Shown here: piece after piece, positions 34,624 through 41,147 of the stretch
Layout: the number at the start of each line of letters is the position of its first letter
Numbering within the stretch: position 1 is the first letter of the stretch
NCBI RefSeq assembly: GCF_001194135.2
Contig: NC_068991.1
Location: 68,458,947 to 68,500,093, forward strand
Reading direction: 5' to 3'
Source of the DNA: Octopus bimaculoides
Taxonomy: Eukaryota
Length of the DNA stretch: 41,147 nucleotides
The notes under the pieces: model-generated
The model's input: only the letters and a program-made list of their open reading frames with translations
Told to the model about the DNA's origin: nothing
Databases searched by the model: none
Position numbers and translations under genes: made by a program

Positions 34624-35340
34624 ATGTATGTATGTATGTATGTATATATATACATATATATAAGATCCAGGGAAGCCAATTGCACCGAGCAAAAGTATTT
34701 ATCATACCAGAGTTAATTGCTACGGGTTACTAAGGGCATTTTCGAAAAATGTAAAAATGTTAAAACCAATTCAAATAAAACCATTGCGAAAACAGAACAC
34801 AAACATAACAAAGATAATACAATCTTACACTTTGACATCTTGATGTCACAATGATGGTGCCAAAAAAGAGAAAGACAAAGATGTTAAGATTTAGGAACGA
34901 ATGCTAAAGTTTTGTCAATTTCTATACTATCAATTTTGAGCCGAAATCTTCGCATACCGAAAATAAATAAATATATAAATACAGTCATGTGCAAAAAAAA
35001 AAAAAAAGAAGAAAATGGAAGAAAAAATTGCTTAACCAATCACTCAACATCATTTGAACTTCTATATATTTTGATTGACACTACTCCGTGAACCTTACGT
35101 AGATTCTCGTTCGTTTCATTTTCTCAAAACTATTATCAAATTATTTATAGTAAATAATAAATAAATAAATAAATAGATAAATAAATAAATAAATAAATAG
35201 ATAAACAACAAACTATGGCGTGTATATATATACGTGTGATGTACGTATGTGTATATGAATGTGTGCGCGCGCATGTTTATATATATCTATATATACACAC
35301 ATATATATATAGATACACACACACACATATATATATATAT

Positions 35341-35400
<60 letters not shown>

Positions 35401-35465
35401 NNNNNNNNNNNNNNNNNNNNNNNNNNNNNNNNNNNNNNNNNNNNNNNNNNNNNNNNNNNNNNNNN

Positions 35466-35627
35466 TATATATGTATATATATAGAAATGTATGTATATAT
35501 GTCTATATATTTATATATATGTATATATATAGAAATGTATGTATATATGTCTATATATTTATATATATGTATATATATAGAAATGTATGTATATATGTCT
35601 ATATATTTATATATATGTATATATATA
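35466..35627. repeat. 48-bp minisatellite, ~3.4 copies, built from AT-microsatellite sequence
   Basis: The marker AGAAATGTATGTATATATGTCTATATATT recurs three times at 48-bp period. Confidence 0.9.
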
Positions 35628-35753
35628 TAATATTCATACATACATATATATGCATATATATATTTATATATACATACATACATATATACATACATACATA
35701 TATATATATATATNNNNNNNNNNTACATACATACATACATACATACATGCAAA

Positions 35754-35972
35754 CAAAAATACCCTGTTGTTGACGTTAAAATTCCAATGAATCTGGGTTA
35801 GAAACCGGCTCTTTCTCTGTTGGCAAGAAATCTTGATATAAAACTGAACAATGACATGCAAAAATACTCTGTTGTTTGTGTTGAAATTCAAACGAAGGAG
35901 ACTTGGATCTAGCTTAGAAACCAGTTCTTTCTCTACTGGCAAAAAAATCTTGAAATAAAACTGAATAATGAC
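35754..35972 (+). mobile_element. Tandem dimer of the ~110-bp (TACA)n-associated unit (35754-35855, 35859-35972)
   Basis: Two collinear diverged copies preceded by (TACA)n and followed by ATACAT. Confidence 0.8.
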
Positions 35973-36809
35973 ATACATATAAATAGAGAGATAAATAGGT
36001 AGCCGAACAGACAGTTGGACATACAGACAGACAAACAGATAGCTATATAGATAGATAAATAGATAGATTAGTTGATTGATTGATTGATTGATTGATAGAT
36101 AGATAGGCAGTCAAATAGATAAGATATTCATACAGACAAACAGATAGAAAGATAGATAGATAGATAGATTGATTGAAATAGATAAGATATTCATACAGAC
36201 AGACAAACAGATATATATANNNNNNNNNNNNNNNNNNNNNNNNNNNNNNNNNNNNNNNNNNNNNNNNNNNNNNNNNNNNNNNNNNNNNNNNNNNNNNNNN
36301 NNNNNNNNNNNNNNNNNNNNNNNNNNNNNNNNNNNNNNNNNNNNNNNNNNNNNNNNNNNNNNNNNNNNNNNNNNNNNNNNNNNNNNNNNNNNNNNNNNNN
36401 NNNNNNNNNNNNNNNNNNNNNNNNNNNNNNNNNNNNNNNNNNNNNNNNNNNNNNNNNNNNNNNNNNNNNNNNNNNNNNNNNNNNNNCGCCGCCGCCTCCG
36501 CCGCCATCACCCTCCGCCGCTCTCTCAGAACGTATACCTCTACTACATACCGCAAAGCTGTATGTATGACAGATGCAGGGTTCTAACGTAGCCGGATTAC
36601 CGGCGCACTGTGGGGCCTAACCGCACGTGGCACGAGGAAGGTGGGGGGTGTAGGACGTCTTCCACCTTGACAGAGATGATGTTGTAGCTGGAGTTGACGT
36701 CAGCGTTTCTGGTGGTTATGAGGACAATAGTCATGATGGTGATGGTGATGAGGAATATGTGGAGGATGAAGAGGATGATGCCGATTATGTTGGTGTTGTT
36801 GTTGTTGTT

Positions 36810-37053
36810 AGTAGTAGTAGTAGTAGTAGTGGTGGTAGTGGTAGCAGCAGCAGTAGTAGTAGTTGTAGTAGTAGTAGTAGTGAGAGTAGTAGTTGTATTG
36901 GTGGTGCTAGTGTGGCGGTGGTAGTATTTGTTGAGTTAGTATTAGTATTAGTAATAGTATAAGTATTATTATTATAATAATTATAATTATTATTATAATT
37001 ATTATTATAATTATTATTATTATTATTATTAGTAGTAGTAGTAGTAGTAGCAA

Positions 37054-37085
<32 letters not shown>

Positions 37086-37124
37086 ATAGTAGTAGTAGTA
37101 CTACTACTACTAGTAGTAGTAGTG

Positions 37125-37157
<33 letters not shown>

Positions 37158-37192
37158 TTAATATTAGTTTTAGTAATAGTATAATTATTAGA

Positions 37193-37228
<36 letters not shown>

Positions 37229-37263
37229 GTTATTATTATTACTAGTAGTGCCAGCAGCAGCAT

Positions 37264-37304
<41 letters not shown>

Positions 37305-37320
37305 ATAGTAGTTATGACAG
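36810..37320. repeat. Alternating (TAG)n and (TAT)n trinucleotide blocks
   Basis: Direct reading. Confidence 0.92.
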
Positions 37321-37981
37321 TAGTGGTGTGGATGCTGGTGTTGATGGTTGGTTACATGCATGTTATCCAGATTGGGGACAGCTAACGAGAAAGCTGCTGA
37401 GGGCAGTGTTCTTACAGATGGTCTGGTTCTGTTTTTTTTTTGTTTTTTGTTTTTTGCTTTCCTCCAGATCTAGATCCGATCGTGATTGTAAAACACATGA
37501 TCAAAACATTGAACCAATGACCACCCCATCTATTTTCAAACGGGATGCATCATTATATAAACTAATGTGCTCCATTTTTCTTTCAAGTCTGTAGTGTTTT
37601 AATGCGAGGGTGATCTGGTTGCAGTTTCTAGCGGATTGAAGTAACCGCTGAATGATTCCGTCGCTGGTTCGCTGTTGATGTTGTTGGTGAAGGCGTTTGT
37701 GTGAGCCAGCTTATGGTGTGGAAGTGTTACATGAAGAAATATAAGGACAGATGGTGGGCCTTAGAATTAAAGCTGAGCTACACTCGCATGCAACCGCGAA
37801 CCCTATAGGCACCATCTCATATATAAATGTATACACACATATATATTCATACATATGTGTGAGTGTATGCATGTGAATGTGCGTGTATGATCAAAATTAA
37901 CGAGGATAACAACAAAGAGGGTTAAGCGAGACATGATGTATTTCTTAGTTTGAAGCTTAATGCGAAATCAAGACAATAGAA

Positions 37982-38025
37982 GTGTCTTTGACGTTTCGCG
38001 TTTAAACACTTTGTCAGAACGATAC
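37982..38025 (-). ncRNA. Decayed minimal type I hammerhead ribozyme motif (Penelope type), G8A core mutation
   Basis: Minus strand GUAUCGUU / CUGACAA / A / GUGU-uuaa-ACGC / GAA / ACGU palindromic stem III / C / AAAGACAC. GUC cleavage triplet, stem I 6/8 paired, stem II 4 bp. Confidence 0.65.
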
Positions 38026-38168
38026 ATAATTAGACAGAAGGAAATTACAATAGTTACAGAAATGACGCAATAATATGTATGCAAATATAAAAACACGAGT
38101 TGAGCCAATGCCCAAACAAGGAAAAATTGTAAAGTAACAGAAAATTTTAGTACAGTTTACTTTTTCAT

Positions 38169-38541
38169 ACTTTTACTCTTTTATTTGTTTCAGTCACTTG
38201 ACTGCGGCCATGCTGGAGCACCGCATTTAGTCGAGCAAATCGACCCCGGGACTTATTCTTTGTAAGCCTAGAACTTATTCTATCGGTATCTTTTGCCGAA
38301 CCTCTAATTTACGGGGACGTAAACACACTACCATCGGTTGTCAAGGGATGTTGGAGGGACAAACATATATATATACATATATACGACAGGCTTCTTTTAG
38401 TTTCCGTCTACCAAATCCACTCACAAGGCTTTGGTCGGCCCGAGGCTATAGTAGAAGACACTTACCCAAGGTTACACGCAGTGGGAATGAACCCGGAACC
38501 ATGTGGTTGGTAAGCAAGCTACTTACCACACAGCCACTCCT
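38169..38541 (-). mobile_element. SINE-A, full length, low divergence
   Basis: Head GGAGTGGCTGTGTGGTAAGTAGCTTGCTTACCAACCACATGGTTCCGGGTTCATTCCC through complete body and tail. Confidence 0.95.
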
Positions 38542-38545
38542 TATA

Positions 38546-38850
38546 TTCTGAGTTCAAATTCCGCCGAAGTCGACTTAGCATTTCACTCTTTCAAGATCAA
38601 TAAAATAAGTACCAGTTGAGTACTTAGGTCGATGTAATCGACATATATTGTACCCCACCCCAAATTACTGGCCAAGTGCTCAGATTTGAAACCATTATTA
38701 ACTTAACTAAGGCTGTGAAGTTAGAAGAGTCATTACCGTGCCGGGCGAAATACTTTACGGCCTTTCTTTACATTATGTGTTCAAATGTCACCGCTGTTCA
38801 CTCCACCTTTCATTCCTTCGGGTCGTTAAAATAAGTTCCAGTTCAGATCT
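38546..38850 (+). mobile_element. Two decayed SINE-B fragments in tandem (38546-38697, ~38737-38850)
   Basis: TTCTGAGTTCAAATTCCGCCGAAGTCGAC.. and GCCGGGCGAAATAC..CCTTCGGGTCGTTAAAATAAGTTCCAG. Confidence 0.7.
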
Positions 38851-38897
38851 TGTAACCCGCAGCCACAGGCTGCTATCAAACTGAACGCAACACCTAA

Positions 38898-39279
38898 TGT
38901 TGTTGGCACTCCGTCGCTTACGACGTCGAGAGTTCCAGTTGATCCGATCAACGGAACAGCCTACTCGTGAAATTATCGTGCAAGTGGCTGAGCACTCCAC
39001 AGACACGTGTACCCTTAACGTAGTTCTCGAAGATATTCAGCGTGACACAGTGTGACAAGGTTGACCCTTTGAATTACAGGCACAACAGAAACAGGAAGTA
39101 AGAGTGAGAGAAAGTTGTGGTGAAAGAGTACAGCAGGGTTCGCCACCATCCCCTGCCGGAGCCTCGTGGAGCTTTAGGTGATTTCGTTCAATAAACACTC
39201 ACAACGCCCGGTTTAGGAATCGAAACCGCGATCTTATGAACGCGAGTCCGCTGCTCTAATCACTGGGCCATTGCGCCTC
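38898..39279 (-). mobile_element. SINE-C, full length tRNA-derived SINE (third family)
   Basis: Minus strand head GAGGCGCAATGGCCCAGTGATTAGAGCAGCGGACTCGCG..GCGGTTTCGATTCC (A/B boxes), unique body, 3' end CGACGGAGTGCCAACAACA with a short (ACA)n tail as in LINE-mobilised SINEs. Confidence 0.85.
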
Positions 39280-39305
39280 AACGTAACGCCTAATATTATA
39301 ACGAA

Positions 39306-39331
39306 AACAAGAGCATTCAGAGAGCGCAAAC
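39306..39331 (-). mobile_element. 3'-terminal stub of the HINE-like family
   Basis: AACAAGAGCATTCAGAGAGCGCAAAC is the reverse complement of 2357-2382 with 2 mismatches. Confidence 0.6.
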
Positions 39332-40248
39332 GCATTGTTATTACAGCTGCTGCAGTTCCTACTGATGATGATGATGAAGATGTGAATGAGCAGAAGGAGT
39401 AATAAGTAAGAGAGTGACAAGGACGGCTTTCATGATGACATTAGCATTTAAAATTTTATTTGTAATTAATATTGTTGTTGTTGCAATAGCCGTAGCTGTA
39501 CCTTCTGCGGCAAGGGGTCTTGGTTGTTATCATTACTGCTGACTAGATCAGGTTTTGTGAGAAATCTGCTTTCACCTGTTTGTGTCAATGATGATGTTTC
39601 TGTTCGTGATACGGCCCTCTTTGCTTATAATTTGCTCTCTTTCTGCTGATGATGCGTTGAGAGTTTCACTTATGACTCAGTTTCATATTTCTTTCTTAAA
39701 TGCTTATTAAAACCCCACACAAAAAGAAACTAATAATTGTTACTATTGTTTGCGTTGTAATACATTGTACAATGCTTGTCTTCTTTTCACAAGCATACTC
39801 ACGGACGTATATGCAAATATGTATGCATGCATGTTTGAATGCATGTATGCGTGTATGTATGTATGTATGTATGTATGTTCGTTCATACACACGCACATGT
39901 GTGTGCTGGATCGCTGAAATCTATAATCTTTTTTCATTAACTCTGTTTATTTTCTATGATTCCTTTCTGTTGAAGAGCATAAGCACGAAACATAAAATAC
40001 TTTTTCATCTTTCCCGAGTGTCAAAGTAATACGTCTGCTTGTTGTTCATACACCTATCTTCGTCTTTTTTTTCTATAAATGTGAACTATATATATATATA
40101 TATATATAGATAGATAGATAGATAGATAGATAGATGGATAGGTAAAACTTACTTGGAAAAGGATGCGTGGAGTTCAATCATACAGTAATATAAATAATAT
40201 ATATATATGCACATATACACACGTATATGTACATATTTACATGTATAC

Positions 40249-40302
<54 letters not shown>

Positions 40303-40588
40303 GTGGGCACAAGACCGCACAAAACGTAAGGAACAAAAAATAAGAAATGACAAGACATGGAATATGAACTTTTTTGCGAACAACAAAAAAAACAAATGGA
40401 AAATAAGACAAACAATACAAAGAACGACCCTTCATCAGTTGTCGGCTGTTTTTCTAATCCGTATTTCGAGCATTTTCACACGATACGCGCATTGACATAT
40501 AAATACGTATGTATGTGCGTGTGTGTTGCGTCTGTCTGTCTATCTGTCTCTCTCTCTCTCTTTATATATATATATTTATAGAGTTATA

Positions 40589-40740
40589 AGTACCTGTGTT
40601 GTAAGAAGCTTGGTTCCCAACAACGTGTTTCCAGGTTCAGTCGTTCTGCATGGCACCTAGGGTGTCTTCTACTATAGCCTCAGTCCAACCAAAGCCTTGT
40701 GAGTGGATTTGGTAGATGAAAACTGAAAAGAAGCCCGTCG
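40589..40740 (+). mobile_element. SINE-A 5' half
   Basis: AAGAAGCTTGGTTCCCAAC..GGTTCAGTC..CTTCTACTATAGCCTC..AAGCCTTGTGAGTGGATTTGGTAGA..GAAGCCCGTCG. Confidence 0.85.
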
Positions 40741-40814
40741 GTATTACCTGTATCCTCCTGGGTTTGGTTAAATCCAATACCCTCCTCAACCTTATATATA
40801 TATATATACATATA

Positions 40815-41050
40815 TACTCTTTACTCTTGCTCTTTTAATTGTCTCAGTCATTTGACTGCGGCCATGCTGAAGCACCACCTTTATAGTAGAGCAAATCGAC
40901 CGCAGAGCTTATACTTTCTAAGCCTAGTACTTATTCTATCGGTGTCTTTTGCTGAACTGCTAATTTTCCGGGACCCAAACACACCAGCATCGGCTATGAA
41001 GCGATGCTGGGTGGGGTGGGGACAAACAGACACACAAACATATACACACA
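40815..41050 (-). mobile_element. SINE-A 3' half (head probably beyond window end)
   Basis: CAGTCATTTGACTGCGGCCATGCTGAAGCACC..AGCCTAGTACTTATTCTATCGGT.. leading into the internal CA/TACA repeat. Confidence 0.85.
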
Positions 41051-41068
41051 CGCACATACATACATACA

Positions 41069-41147
<79 letters not shown>

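Noticed and set aside
36487-36720. GC-rich segment with a 10-bp hairpin (AAGGTGGGGG/CTTCCACCTT) and protein-like frames
   Set aside because: All frames hit stops within about 60 codons, the stem is too short for a pre-miRNA, and the upstream context is lost in a gap.
39337-39402. Possible terminal exon AAVPTDDDDEDVNEQKE*
   Set aside because: The acidic run is a (GAT)n microsatellite next to a TE stub; there is only an acceptor-like site and no other support.

Overview
Eukaryotic, AT-rich, microsatellite-saturated genomic DNA from a draft assembly with 13 N-gaps. The repeat content resembles coleoid cephalopod (Octopus) DNA; this is inferred from recalled repeat families, not from a search. 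No host protein-coding gene could be identified with confidence. Almost all listed ORFs are translations of microsatellites or N-runs, and only a few splice-flanked exon candidates remain. The interpretable content is mobile DNA: (1) three tRNA-derived SINE families, labelled here SINE-A, SINE-B and SINE-C, about 25 copies or fragments; (2) four decayed Tc1/mariner lineages: a D37D maT-type element (2 copies), a mariner with WVPHEL, a second mariner C-terminus, and a Tc1 with in-frame D35E spacing; (3) a 124-bp Tc1/mariner MITE and a 317-bp hAT MITE with a perfect 8-bp TSD; (4) a Helentron/HINE-like non-autonomous element; (5) a ~110-bp unit embedded in (TACA)n. The most unusual signals are: a near-perfect 85-bp-arm palindrome (16898-17082) in which each arm folds into a minimal Penelope-type hammerhead-like motif with a swapped G3:C8 core; two further decayed minimal hammerheads (14814-14852, 37982-38025); and repeated joining of SINE-B copies at the same AGAA(A/T) site in the head of other SINE-B copies.
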